A DNA stretch of 64,000 bases from Bacillota bacterium (GTDB taxonomy: Bacteria > Bacillota > DTU025): contig JBMNJT010000002.1 of NCBI GenBank assembly GCA_050951805.1, positions 896,001 to 960,000 of the forward strand. The letters are read 5' to 3'. A model generated the notes under the pieces. The model saw only the letters and a list, made by a program, of their open reading frames with translations. It had not been told where the DNA came from and did no database searches. The translations under genes and the position numbers were made by a program. Shown here piece by piece: positions 10,643 through 20,389 of this stretch (position 1 is the first letter of the stretch; the number at the start of each line of letters is the position of its first letter).

Positions 10643-10949
10643 TGCAATTGGAGTAGTCTGCATATCCGTTCCGTCACCATGCCCCATCAAGCATATACCA
10701 GTGCAACGCGCTGTGGAATATGCCTGATTGAGCTGCTTGATCACCGTGGCGGATACTACGGTTTCCGGACGGCAGGAGCTGTTGATACTCCTTGTTCGCA
10801 GGCGCAAGCTAATTTGGGGAAGACGCGTTCGACTCGTGGGGATGGGGATTTTTCGGCGGGTTCTTTTGGTTCCTAGGGGTTCGGAGTTCCATTTGGCCTT
10901 CTAGACTTCAGGTTCGGTTGGCCACGGTTTGGCTTCGGTTTTCTGGATC

Positions 10950-11138
10950 CTGAGCAACTTCGAAAAAGTATCTGAGCATTCTAAATGGCCAAGGTCTGAA
11001 TTTCAGACGTAGTCAGGTTGTCGAGGAAAGCGCTCACAGCATCGATCAGCGCATCCATCAAACCATAAAGCCTCTTGGCTGTGACTGCAGGCAATGCAAG
11101 CTCTAGAAACGCGCAGAAACTTATCGAGACCTACTTAG
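10950..11138 (-). mobile_element. Internally deleted IS630-like element (MITE-like, 189 bp)
   Basis: Imperfect terminal inverted repeats starting CTGAG/CTAAG; encloses AVTAKRLYGLMDALIDAVSAFLDNLTTSEIQTLAI*, which resembles an IS630 transposase C-terminus. Confidence 0.65.
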
Positions 11139-11434
11139 GTGGCGCAGGTTCTGCCCGTGGATAGGTGGTTGGACAATATTGTAATGGCGGAGCTATGCCC
11201 CGCCATTATTGATGTGAAGATCGGAGTCTCTTGCTTTTGCCTCGCAGTCATCTTCGGTCATCCATGTCCTTCTGACGCCGAATTGCGGCATCATCCAGGA
11301 TGCAACGCCCGCTTTACCGCTGCGAAGCGCCATGCCGCCCGTCAGCAAAGCCGGCCTGCGGCTGTGGGACCGGGAAAATCACCCTAAAAGGCGATGGCAA
11401 AACGTGAAGAATTCACCTATCCTTTGATATACTA

Positions 11435-12649
11435 ATGGCATTAAGGGGGAATTCGGAAGTGAAACAAGGCCTATTCGCTTCGGGCCTCTTCCTGTTGGCT
11501 GCTGCCATCGTGGTTGCGTACACGCCTGCGGCCTGGGCTGAAGAGGCGTTAGCTTTGGATGCGGAGACCAGTACCAGCGAGGGCGGTTCTTCATGTCGAA
11601 CCATAGGGGTTGGGGAGTTTTTCACCGCGGCCATGTCGTGTGATCCGGGTTTTCTTTCGGCGTGGATTGATACGAATGAGACAAGGGCTAGTCAAGCGGC
11701 TGGCCAATCGTGGACACATTCAACGACGCTGTGGGGATCGGATTCAGCAATAAGGGGCTCGATTTTGGCGACAGGAAGGTCAGGCGGAAGGGTAGAGTTC
11801 TCCTATGATTGCGAAAGCAGCATTGACAGTCATGTCCAGGGAGCGAGAATCGGCGTTGAAGTTCCCCTGTCTGCACTGGCTGATGGGGTGCTTTGTAGAC
11901 GCTCTGACCCTATCCCTACACATCTGCATGTTGTAGAGGCGAGGCTGGCTAGGGCGGAGGGTGAGGCCGTGGCTGGCGCTCTGGGTTGTTTGAGGCGGGC
12001 TCAAATTGCATCTTTCATGGGGGACATGAATGAAGCTCAGAGAGCTCATGTAGAGCTTTCTTTGAGGCTTGGTTGCCGCGATGGGGAGGAGATTATTCAG
12101 GCGTTGTGCCAAGAAGAGTTCGACCATGTGGCGGCGATGATAGGCTCTATCATCAACTCTGATGCCGGGGCGCTTTGCGAGGAGTGGATCCGGCGCGATC
12201 CAAAGGTGCTCGAAGCGAAGATTGATCTTGCTGCCAAACACGAGTCGGGCTTAGCAGAGATGCTGCAGGCTACATCTTTTGTAGCAGAGGCAAAGTGGCA
12301 TGCATTGGAGCCGAACAGACGATGTGCCATTGGGTTTTCCCTAAACGGCCGTGGCCTTGCACGGACCGTCGGAGCTTCTGCGGAGATGCTCGAAGCCAGG
12401 GTCGAGGCTGAACAGGCCCGGAGCACCATAGACTTCCTTCAGCTGTTCGAGGCTGTTGCCGAGGCCGAGGCTGCCTGTGGATTCCTCCATGGAGTGGAGG
12501 GGATGGAGGCCGATTATCTCGAGGCCGTGCTCAGACTTGAACAGAACGGAGTGCGTCTCATGGCCGGATTGGGAATGCTGCCGTACTCTTTTCTTGCAAA
12601 TCCTCACGTGTCGCCGGTACAGAGGATTTTGGCCGGTTGCGTCAAATAA
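11435..12649 (+). CDS. Secreted protein, divergent TolC/outer-membrane efflux-like
   Basis: Signal peptide ending AWA; two repeats of helix, beta hairpin (GARIGVEVPL; CAIGFSLN) and Ala/Glu-rich helix; C-terminal ADYLEAVLRL...LG. Confidence 0.5.
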   Translation: MALRGNSEVKQGLFASGLFLLAAAIVVAYTPAAWAEEALALDAETSTSEGGSSCRTIGVGEFFTAAMSCDPGFLSAWIDTNETRASQAAGQSWTHSTTLWGSDSAIRGSILATGRSGGRVEFSYDCESSIDSHVQGARIGVEVPLSALADGVLCRRSDPIPTHLHVVEARLARAEGEAVAGALGCLRRAQIASFMGDMNEAQRAHVELSLRLGCRDGEEIIQALCQEEFDHVAAMIGSIINSDAGALCEEWIRRDPKVLEAKIDLAAKHESGLAEMLQATSFVAEAKWHALEPNRRCAIGFSLNGRGLARTVGASAEMLEARVEAEQARSTIDFLQLFEAVAEAEAACGFLHGVEGMEADYLEAVLRLEQNGVRLMAGLGMLPYSFLANPHVSPVQRILAGCVK

Positions 12650-12836
12650 CGTCTACATATGCTGGCAGATGCGTGTAAGCCGACCGAGCATGGAATCGGT
12701 TGGGCAAATTTGCGCGGCAACAGGGGGCGAGTCGTGGCCACGCGGGCTTTGCACCTCAGGTGGCGTGTGCCGATGCGGAATTGGGCACACTTGTACCCAA
12801 TAGACGAAAGATCCGGTGTGTTCATGGAGGTGTGCT

Positions 12837-13259
12837 GTGGAGCGTACGTGCGTTCTAATAAAACCAGATGGAATAGCAAGGGGTTTGGTGGGCGAAATAG
12901 TGTCTAGGTTTGAGCGCAGAGGTTGTCGGATTGTAATGGCGACAACCGTGAACATGACGGAAGAGTTGTTGGCGGAGCACTATGCCCATCTGATAGGAAA
13001 ACCGTTTTTTGCCGACCTGAAAGACTATATGATGTCGGGCCCTGTGATTGCGTTAGTGCTGGAAGCGCCGAATGCGGTGGAAGCGGTCAGACAGATAATA
13101 GGAGCAACTGACCCGATTAAGGCGGGTGCAGGTACTGTGCGTGGTGATTTTGCGACATCATTACACCGTAACCTTGTCCATGCTTCGGATAGTCTCGACG
13201 CTGCGGCCGCTGAGATCGCGCGTTTCTTCCCCCGTGTTGCGCTGCAGAATACGAAATGA
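12837..13259 (+). CDS. ndk: Nucleoside diphosphate kinase
   Basis: ERTCVLIKPDG, GEIVSRFE, GATDP, GTVRGDF, NLVHASDS; GGAGG then GTG start. Confidence 0.96.
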   Translation: MERTCVLIKPDGIARGLVGEIVSRFERRGCRIVMATTVNMTEELLAEHYAHLIGKPFFADLKDYMMSGPVIALVLEAPNAVEAVRQIIGATDPIKAGAGTVRGDFATSLHRNLVHASDSLDAAAAEIARFFPRVALQNTK

Positions 13260-13268
13260 GGTTTTCAG

Positions 13269-14321
13269 ATGGTTGATCGCATTGCAAAAACGCAGTATGC
13301 ATCGGAGCTCCGGCCGGGTACGGTTGTGAACTCGGTCTTTCTCTGCGCCGATGTGAAGGTGAGGCCAACGAAGTCGGGCTCACAGTTTGCCGACGTGCGC
13401 CTTGTGGACCGGACTGGCGAAATTAGTCTGAAGCTTTGGAATTACTCTGAGAATGTTGCGGGAGCGCTGGCTCCAGGCGTCTTTGTGAAGATCAGAAATG
13501 TGCCTGTAACCGAATACAATGGCTCCCTGCAATTATCATGTGAAACAGCTCAGTTTGGAGGGGCGATCACTCTCTGCAGTTCATCAGAGTGCAATCTGGC
13601 CGACTATGTTCCTTCTACGGTGCGTGATGTCGATTCGATGATTGGGGAGATCGACAATGCTATATGCAACATCAAACCTGGTCCCATCAAATGCCTGCTT
13701 CAGTCCTTCTTTGGCATGCCTGAGTTCAGGGGGGAGTTCATGGAATGGCCTGCAGCAGTCAGGCACCATCATGCATATTCGGGAGGGCTGCTCGAACACA
13801 CGACCGGGGTTTTAAGGTTGTGCTTGTGCGCAGCGGATCAGTATGAGTTTGTCGATCGCGATATTCTAATTGCAGGTGCCCTTCTCCATGACGTGGGCAA
13901 GTTGCGAAGTTACGACTATGACAGGACCCATGGAGCCGCCACCATGTCTCTGCCTGGCGTGATGACTGACCACATTGTCATAGGCGTTGAGATTGTGAAC
14001 AGGCGAATAGCTGATCTTCTCAATGGGTGTGAGAATAAGGGGTCATGTGCCGGGCCATGCTGGACTGAGCAGGAAACTCTACACATTACGCATCTCATTG
14101 CGAGTCATCATGGGAGTCTGGAGTGGGGATCGCCGGTGCAACCGGCTACCATAGAAGCGTGTATTCTTCATCATGCCGACAATATGGACGCCCAGGTAAA
14201 CAAGTATGAAAGGACTATAAGAGAGATGCTTGGAACGGGCGACGGGCAGTGCAGATATTCTGAGCATGTTGGCAAGATGGTATGGGCGCCTCCCGGTTCT
14301 TTTGAAGATGATAGAAGCTGA
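13269..14321 (+). CDS. yhaM: OB-fold plus HD-domain 3'-5' exoribonuclease YhaM family
   Basis: DRTGEI..KLW OB fold; HHHAYSGGLLEHT, LLHDVGK, SHHG.LEWGSPV.P, HHADNMDA. Confidence 0.9.
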   Translation: MVDRIAKTQYASELRPGTVVNSVFLCADVKVRPTKSGSQFADVRLVDRTGEISLKLWNYSENVAGALAPGVFVKIRNVPVTEYNGSLQLSCETAQFGGAITLCSSSECNLADYVPSTVRDVDSMIGEIDNAICNIKPGPIKCLLQSFFGMPEFRGEFMEWPAAVRHHHAYSGGLLEHTTGVLRLCLCAADQYEFVDRDILIAGALLHDVGKLRSYDYDRTHGAATMSLPGVMTDHIVIGVEIVNRRIADLLNGCENKGSCAGPCWTEQETLHITHLIASHHGSLEWGSPVQPATIEACILHHADNMDAQVNKYERTIREMLGTGDGQCRYSEHVGKMVWAPPGSFEDDRS

Positions 14322-14334
14322 GATCTGATGCGTC

Positions 14335-14365
14335 CAGGGCTCTCATTTCGATGGGGGCCCTGTTT
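14335..14365 (+). terminator. Intrinsic terminator after yhaM
   Basis: CAGGGCTCTCAT-ttcg-ATGGGGGCCCTG then TTT. Confidence 0.6.
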
Positions 14366-14567
14366 GTGCGTACGGGCGTTCCAATCTCTGGATGCTGATG
14401 GCTTCGCGCTTGCTTGTCGACTAATCTAGTAGCGGGTTGCTATTATGGGGGAAAACGTCTGTAAAAAAACGCGTTTGCTTCGAAACTCCAGGCGGGTTGG
14501 GGCGTCTTACTTAGTGTAAACAAATGTCCTTAAATTGAAGGAAGACGTTGCTTTGAGGTGATTTGCA

Positions 14568-15095
14568 ATGTGCAACATGCGCAGGCGTACTATGGGGCCT
14601 GCAATTGCTCTTGTGAGCATGTTGATGTTACTTGCTGGCCATGGGTCAACTGTTCTGGCGCAGCCTTCCATCCTTGTAGGGTCTCGGGCCCCGGAAATCA
14701 AGGCGGTTGGGGTCAGAAATGAAAGCGTTCAGGTGCCAGCGCGCGGCGGAATTACAGTTCTCGTCTTCTGGAACAGCAAATACCGATTGTCGCTTGATGC
14801 CCTCGCGGCCATGCAGGGGATATGGGAGGCGTACGGCGCCCGGGGTGTCGTGTGTGTGGGCCTTAATGACTTGGGTGAGGAAGATCGTGCTGTGGAGCAA
14901 CTTGCAGAACGCATGAACATAGGCTTCGTGCTTGTGAGTGGGCGTGCGGCATCGTCGGCGGCAGTCGCTTACAGGCTCCGCGGCGTTCCTGCAGTATTTG
15001 TAGTGGACAGATCGGGCGTCATCGTATATGTAAGGGAGGGATGGGACAAGAAGGCGGAGTCGGAAATCAGGGAAATAATATCAAAAGCCCTCTAA
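14568..15095 (+). CDS. Exported TlpA/ResA-like thioredoxin-fold protein lacking CxxC
   Basis: VGSRAPEI, VLVFW, YRLRGVPAVFVVDRSGVIVY; NSKYRLS at the usual ATWCxxC position. Confidence 0.8.
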   Translation: MCNMRRRTMGPAIALVSMLMLLAGHGSTVLAQPSILVGSRAPEIKAVGVRNESVQVPARGGITVLVFWNSKYRLSLDALAAMQGIWEAYGARGVVCVGLNDLGEEDRAVEQLAERMNIGFVLVSGRAASSAAVAYRLRGVPAVFVVDRSGVIVYVREGWDKKAESEIREIISKAL

Positions 15096-15133
15096 TTATA
15101 ACGAAGAATATGGATTATTTAAGATAATATTCG

Positions 15134-15160
15134 GCAGGAATTTCCATCTGAAGGCCGAAT
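15134..15160 (+). promoter_or_regulatory. Sigma-H-like promoter of the first peptide ABC operon
   Basis: gcAGGAATTT...GAAT, 17-nt spacer between AGGA and GAAT. Confidence 0.55.
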
Positions 15161-15206
15161 AAACAAGAGCAGGAGACTATTACCGCGACAAGGAGGCAGT
15201 TGGGCA

Positions 15207-17081
15207 ATGAAAGTCGTGCGGTGCATAATTATGGTCCTGCTCTTTACGGCGGTCGTATTCGGCATGGGCTTAATCGGGCAGGCGGCTGCCGGCGGAGTCT
15301 ACGAGATGGCCATCTTCGAGGACCCGACCACGGTGAATGTTTGGGCCGCTCTGGGCCCCGACGCCACGGTATGGAACGCATTTGTCGGGTACCAGCAGAG
15401 CTACATAGGTCTATACGGAAATGCAGCTCCTGACTTCGTCTTCTGCCCTGTAGCAGCTTCGGGAATGCCATCTCCTTTTAAAGAGGAGAAGATTGGCGAC
15501 AAGACCTACTACACCTCCATTGTGAACATTCGCAAGGAGCTGAAGTGGAGCGATGGGAGACCACTAACCGCTGATGACGTCGTCTTCAGCTATATGGCGC
15601 CTCTCGCTCTGGATCCGAACAGGCTGGGAGGAAATTGGCCTGGGAATATTGACCCCGAAATCCTTGCGAAGGTGGAGAAGGTCGGCGAGTACAGTGTCAA
15701 GTTCTATCTGACAGAGCTTCCTGGCTTGGCTCAGTGGCAATACGGAATGTTGCAGGCTCTTATTCTGTCCAAGGCCTACTGGGATCCTGTAGTGAGCCGC
15801 GCGCTCAAAGCGGCTGACCCTGTGAAGGAACTCTTGGCTCATGATCCTAAGGGTGAGCCTGTTGCCGGGCCATGGGTGAGGGACAAATGGGAGAAGGGAG
15901 CTTTCGTTACCCATGTTCCCAATCCTTACTACGCCATGAAGGGCGACACCAATACTTTCTACAAAAATGGCGCGTTCGTGACGGAGAACAAGAAGACAGG
16001 ATTCAGCTATGTGCTGGGGGATCCCAAGGGCGACGTGAAGCTTTCTGTGACCGAGGGCCCATACGCCAACAGGTTGATGTTCCGGATCCTGCAGAACCAG
16101 AATGCTGCTGTGCTATCCCTCATGGCCGGCGAAGTGGACTTTGTCCTTAACTCCCTCGGACTTCAGCGGGGATTCCAGGATCAACTGAAGAAGGCGGCCA
16201 ACGTCGAGGTCGTGGAGAATAATGTTAACGGGTTTAGATACATGGCGTTCAATTTGAGCAAGTATCCTTTCGGCATCAAGGAGTTTCGGCAGGCCGTGTC
16301 AGTCCTGATCGACAGGGAGTACATTTGCGAGAGAGTGCTGCAGGGCGTTGCATTCCCCCAGTATTCAGTTGTGCCTCCTGGCAATGCGTACTGGTTTAAC
16401 GCCAATGTTCCGATGTGGGGGAAGGGCATGACTCGTAGCCAGAGAATAACTGAGGCTGTTAGGTTGCTCAAGAGCGCTGGGTTTTCGTGGGAAGTGGAAC
16501 CTCAGGTTGATCTTGCCAAAGATAAGGTGCTCAGACGCGGCAAGGGCCTGATTATGCCGAATGGCAAGAAGATGCAGCCATTTGAGTTCAACGTGATGAC
16601 TGCAGGATATGACCCGCTTCGCTACACCTTCGGGTTGAACATTGCCACCTGGATGCAGGAGATTGGCATTCCGGTGGAGGTAGTTCCCACTGAGTTCAAT
16701 GTTGTTATATCCAAAACTGATGAACGTGACTTTGACTGCTTCATGCTCGGTTGGAGCCTATCGCTCTATCCGGATCATATGTATTGGTTCTTCCACAGCA
16801 GCCAGTGTCCGGCCGGAGGCTTCAACTATGAAATGTACAATAATCCGAAGTTTGACAAGATGGTAGAGGACTTCCTGAAGGAGTCTGACATGGAGACCGC
16901 TCGCAAGATGGCGTTCAAGCTCCAGGAAATCCTGGCCGACGAGCTTCCGTATATTGTCCTATTCGACACTCCTCTGATCGAAGCATATCGAAGCGATCGC
17001 CTTGCATACCCCTACACCAAGACCCTAAGTGGCATCCAGTACAACGGAGGCATGACCAGCACGGTCAGGCTGAAGAACTAG
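15207..17081 (+). CDS. ABC peptide/nickel-family substrate-binding protein (family 5, canonical domain order)
   Basis: KWSDGRPLTADDVVFS in the N-terminal half; FNLSKYPF...FRQAVSVLIDRE in the C-terminal half; signal peptide. Confidence 0.92.
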   Translation: MKVVRCIIMVLLFTAVVFGMGLIGQAAAGGVYEMAIFEDPTTVNVWAALGPDATVWNAFVGYQQSYIGLYGNAAPDFVFCPVAASGMPSPFKEEKIGDKTYYTSIVNIRKELKWSDGRPLTADDVVFSYMAPLALDPNRLGGNWPGNIDPEILAKVEKVGEYSVKFYLTELPGLAQWQYGMLQALILSKAYWDPVVSRALKAADPVKELLAHDPKGEPVAGPWVRDKWEKGAFVTHVPNPYYAMKGDTNTFYKNGAFVTENKKTGFSYVLGDPKGDVKLSVTEGPYANRLMFRILQNQNAAVLSLMAGEVDFVLNSLGLQRGFQDQLKKAANVEVVENNVNGFRYMAFNLSKYPFGIKEFRQAVSVLIDREYICERVLQGVAFPQYSVVPPGNAYWFNANVPMWGKGMTRSQRITEAVRLLKSAGFSWEVEPQVDLAKDKVLRRGKGLIMPNGKKMQPFEFNVMTAGYDPLRYTFGLNIATWMQEIGIPVEVVPTEFNVVISKTDERDFDCFMLGWSLSLYPDHMYWFFHSSQCPAGGFNYEMYNNPKFDKMVEDFLKESDMETARKMAFKLQEILADELPYIVLFDTPLIEAYRSDRLAYPYTKTLSGIQYNGGMTSTVRLKN

Positions 17082-17111
17082 TCCAGGGAATAGCATAGGG
17101 CTTTTGGCTAT

Positions 17112-17162
17112 GCGCGGGGCGGGCCGAGGCCTTCCTCAGGCCTCTCGGCCCGCGCCTCGTTT
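17112..17162 (+). terminator. GC-rich intercistronic hairpin after the binding-protein gene
   Basis: GCGGGGCGGGCCGAG...CTCGGCCCGCGCCTCGT. Confidence 0.5.
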
Positions 17163-17186
17163 CCCAAAGAACACCGGAAAGCATAG

Positions 17187-18374
17187 GTGATCAAGATGCG
17201 CAGATATGTTCTTAGCCGTGTAGGCCAGCTGGTAATCACTTTGCTCATCTACATTACACTAGTCTACTTCTTGCTCCAGGCGATGCCGGGAGACATCTCC
17301 ATGATATATCTTCAGAACCCGAGAATACCCCAGGCGGCGCGGGACGAACTCAAGAAACAGCTGGGTTTGGATCGGTCGCCGGTCATGCAATACTTCTCGT
17401 ACATGAAGAATTTCTTCACAGGCAATTTGGGGGTTTCGTTTTCACAGTATCCGAGGCCTGTCTGGGATATACTCATCGAACGGTTGCCTAGGACGCTGGT
17501 GTTATTCCTTACTGCGAACTCATTGTCGTTCTATGTAGGGTTCGTGCTGGGCAGGGTCATTGCCTGGAAGCGTGGAGCCAGTATCGACCATGTGGCCACC
17601 GTTGTGGGAATAACGTTTTGGACCGCTTTCTATCCGCTGCTTGCTTTGGTCCTGATCTGGTTGTTTGCCTATACATTGAAATGGTTGCCGCTTAACCAGT
17701 TCATTGAACCTAGTTTATGGGTGCATGCTCCGTGGCCTTCAAACACAGTCTTTGGATTTATGGTTCTCGGAGTAGTCTTGATCTCTGTGTCCATATTCAT
17801 CATATTCTGGCGTCTTACTCGAGGGCAGCGCAAGACGAGACGGAACATCGGCTTGGCTTGGGGACTGTCTGCCGCAGTAGTCGCTATTGCGCTCGGGGTT
17901 GCCGCTAAGGCGGGCATGCTTATATATATCTGGGATATTGTGCGGCACATGATACTTCCCGTTGTCACTCTTACTTTGATCAACTTTGCTGGCACCATGT
18001 TGCTAATGCGTGACTCAATGCTTGAGACGGTGGAAGAGGATTACGTGATGGCCGCCCGGGCCAAGGGGCTCCCCGATGCCGTGGTGCGTGACAGGTATGC
18101 CGCGAGGAATGCTCTCCTTCCGACAGTTACGAGCTTGGTGCTTTCGCTTGCATCCTCGATGAGTGGGGGCTTGGTGACTGAGACAATGTTCTCATGGCCC
18201 GGGCTCGGTCAGGTTCTTTTCCGTTCGGCTCTGGCCAATGATTACCCGCTTGCCACAGGGGCATTGGTGTTTACAGGCATATTCCTTTTGATAGCCCACT
18301 TCGTTGCAGACATGCTTTATGCTGCTCTGGATCCGAGAATTTCCTATACTGGGGAACCGGCGGCTGAAGGGTAG
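17187..18374 (+). CDS. Peptide ABC permease (OppB/DppB-like)
   Basis: GNLGVSF, ERLPRTL, EDYVMAARAKGL, ETMFSWPGLG, LDPRI. Confidence 0.93.
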   Translation: MIKMRRYVLSRVGQLVITLLIYITLVYFLLQAMPGDISMIYLQNPRIPQAARDELKKQLGLDRSPVMQYFSYMKNFFTGNLGVSFSQYPRPVWDILIERLPRTLVLFLTANSLSFYVGFVLGRVIAWKRGASIDHVATVVGITFWTAFYPLLALVLIWLFAYTLKWLPLNQFIEPSLWVHAPWPSNTVFGFMVLGVVLISVSIFIIFWRLTRGQRKTRRNIGLAWGLSAAVVAIALGVAAKAGMLIYIWDIVRHMILPVVTLTLINFAGTMLLMRDSMLETVEEDYVMAARAKGLPDAVVRDRYAARNALLPTVTSLVLSLASSMSGGLVTETMFSWPGLGQVLFRSALANDYPLATGALVFTGIFLLIAHFVADMLYAALDPRISYTGEPAAEG

Positions 18375-18381
18375 GTGAGTA

Positions 18382-19377
18382 ATGATGACTGATCCTGCAA
18401 AGAATCCGAACATCCATCCTAGCTCGGGTATGGGGCCAACGGCGCATTCTCGGGTGATAAGGGAGCCGCTATGGAAGATCAGGTGGAGGCTGAATATGCG
18501 CTCGCTTGCGCAGAATTGGGCGGTTTTCAAGGAAAGCCGGATTGGCCTTGCGGGCCTGGCCATCATAGTTTGCTTCGGAGTTTTCGGCCTGATGTGGCCG
18601 ATAATGATCGGGAACTTATGGGATGTGCACATATACCATCCGGTAGTGGGTTTCGATCCTGCGATGATGCATCCCGCCCCGCCTTGCCGCGGGCATGTTC
18701 TTGGAACCGACCCCATTGGCCGGGACGTATTGGCGCAGCTCATGTTCAGCACGGGTCGGGAATTCTTGCTGGGAGTACTGTCCGCAGTAATTAGCGTAGT
18801 TGTAGGGACTTTTGTCGGAGCTATTGCTGCCTACTACGGGGGGCTAACGGATTCCTTTTTCATGAGGCTTGCGGATATCATCATGCTTTTTCCGTTTGTC
18901 CCTCTCTTGGTAGTGGTGGGATCCCTCGTCAGGCTTGATATGTTCTCATTCGCCATTATTTTGGGATTCTTGGAGGCGTTTGGCGGCATTACTATCATCC
19001 TCAAGGCTCAGGCATTGCAAGTTAATGTGAGGCCTTATATAGACGCGGCAAAGGTTGCCGGCGGAGACGACTTGCACATAATTCGATCACATATCATACC
19101 CAATGTCCTGCCGCTTTCCTTCCTATATATGATGTTCAACGTTACAGCTGCGATTCTGAGCGAGGCTACTCTGTCTTTCTTCGGCGTGCTGAATATAGAC
19201 ATGAGCTGGGGGATGATGATACACACGGCAGAAACGGCCGGGTACCTGTTTGACTACGGCCGATACTGGTGGCTGTGGCTCCCTTCTGGGCTGGCGATCA
19301 CGCTGTTCTGCGCCGCCTTCTACATGGTGGGCCGGGGCCTTGATGAGGTCGTTAATCCCCGACTCAGAAAGAGGTGA
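18382..19377 (+). CDS. Peptide ABC permease (OppC/DppC-like)
   Basis: HVLGTDPIGRD, YIDAAKVAG, HIIPNV, NPRLR. Confidence 0.93.
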   Translation: MMTDPAKNPNIHPSSGMGPTAHSRVIREPLWKIRWRLNMRSLAQNWAVFKESRIGLAGLAIIVCFGVFGLMWPIMIGNLWDVHIYHPVVGFDPAMMHPAPPCRGHVLGTDPIGRDVLAQLMFSTGREFLLGVLSAVISVVVGTFVGAIAAYYGGLTDSFFMRLADIIMLFPFVPLLVVVGSLVRLDMFSFAIILGFLEAFGGITIILKAQALQVNVRPYIDAAKVAGGDDLHIIRSHIIPNVLPLSFLYMMFNVTAAILSEATLSFFGVLNIDMSWGMMIHTAETAGYLFDYGRYWWLWLPSGLAITLFCAAFYMVGRGLDEVVNPRLRKR

Positions 19378-19384
19378 GCTGAGA

Positions 19385-20389
19385 ATGGATGCTCTTTTGA
19401 AGATCGAGAACTTCACAATGCATTATCGGACAAGGGCGGGACATGTGAAGGCAGTGGATGATGTGACGTTCTCGCTTGCGCACGGGCAGTCGCTGGGCCT
19501 TGTTGGCGAGTCGGGATGTGGGAAAACCTCGGTTGCCATGTCGATAATGCGGTTGCTCCCGTACAATTCGGAGATCAAAAGCGGTACGATTGTCCTTCAC
19601 GGGCAAGACATATATTCGATGCGCGAAGAAGAGTTCCGCAAGCTCAGATGGAAAGAGGTTGCAATGATATTCCAGGCAGCCATGAATGCCCTCAATCCTG
19701 TCTATACGGTTGGAAGTCAGATAACAGAGGTCATACTCGAACATGAACCGGAAGTTTCGGAAAGAGAGGCTCGGCAGCGGGTAACCGAGTTGTTCAGCAT
19801 TGTTGGAATTCCGGAAGAGAGAATGGATCATTACCCGCACGAGTATAGCGGCGGCATGAAGCAGCGCGCTGTGATTGCCATGGCTTTAGCCTGCAACCCA
19901 AGCTTGATTATAGCTGATGAACCCACTACTGCGCTTGATGTCATTGTTCAGGACAAGATTTTGCGCGAGATGGAGGAGATCAGGCGCAAGACCGGCATGA
20001 GCATGATGTACATCTCTCACGATGTGTCGGTAATAGCTGAAGTAAGCGACATCGTCGGCGTGATGTATGCCGGAAAACTTGTGGAGATTGGACCTGCAGA
20101 CGATGTGTTCAAGCGTCCGAGGCATCCGTACACTTACGGGCTGATGAATGCGTATCCCAGCATACTTGGGGAAAAACGCGATCTGGCAACGATTCCAGGC
20201 GAGCCTCCCAACTTGATGTTCCCGCCCCTAGGATGCAGGTTTCATCCCAGGTGTGATTGGGCGACTGATGAATGCGGCCAGGTAGAACCGCGAGCGCGGT
20301 ACGTGGGACTGGACCATTCGGTTGCATGCCATAATCCACTTCGAGCTCCATCGTCGGGAGGTGAGCCCATTGGCGTTGCCAAAGCCTAA
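19385..20389 (+). CDS. Peptide ABC ATPase (OppD-like)
   Basis: GESGCGKT, YSGGMKQR, IADEPTTALD, GCRFHPRC. Confidence 0.95.
   Translation: MDALLKIENFTMHYRTRAGHVKAVDDVTFSLAHGQSLGLVGESGCGKTSVAMSIMRLLPYNSEIKSGTIVLHGQDIYSMREEEFRKLRWKEVAMIFQAAMNALNPVYTVGSQITEVILEHEPEVSEREARQRVTELFSIVGIPEERMDHYPHEYSGGMKQRAVIAMALACNPSLIIADEPTTALDVIVQDKILREMEEIRRKTGMSMMYISHDVSVIAEVSDIVGVMYAGKLVEIGPADDVFKRPRHPYTYGLMNAYPSILGEKRDLATIPGEPPNLMFPPLGCRFHPRCDWATDECGQVEPRARYVGLDHSVACHNPLRAPSSGGEPIGVAKA

Noticed and set aside
19250-19384. N-terminal extensions in the ORF track (also at 6725, 20322, 41601, 58350, 60371)
   Set aside because: Downstream starts have better RBS and match family N-termini; several extensions overlap upstream genes or promoters.
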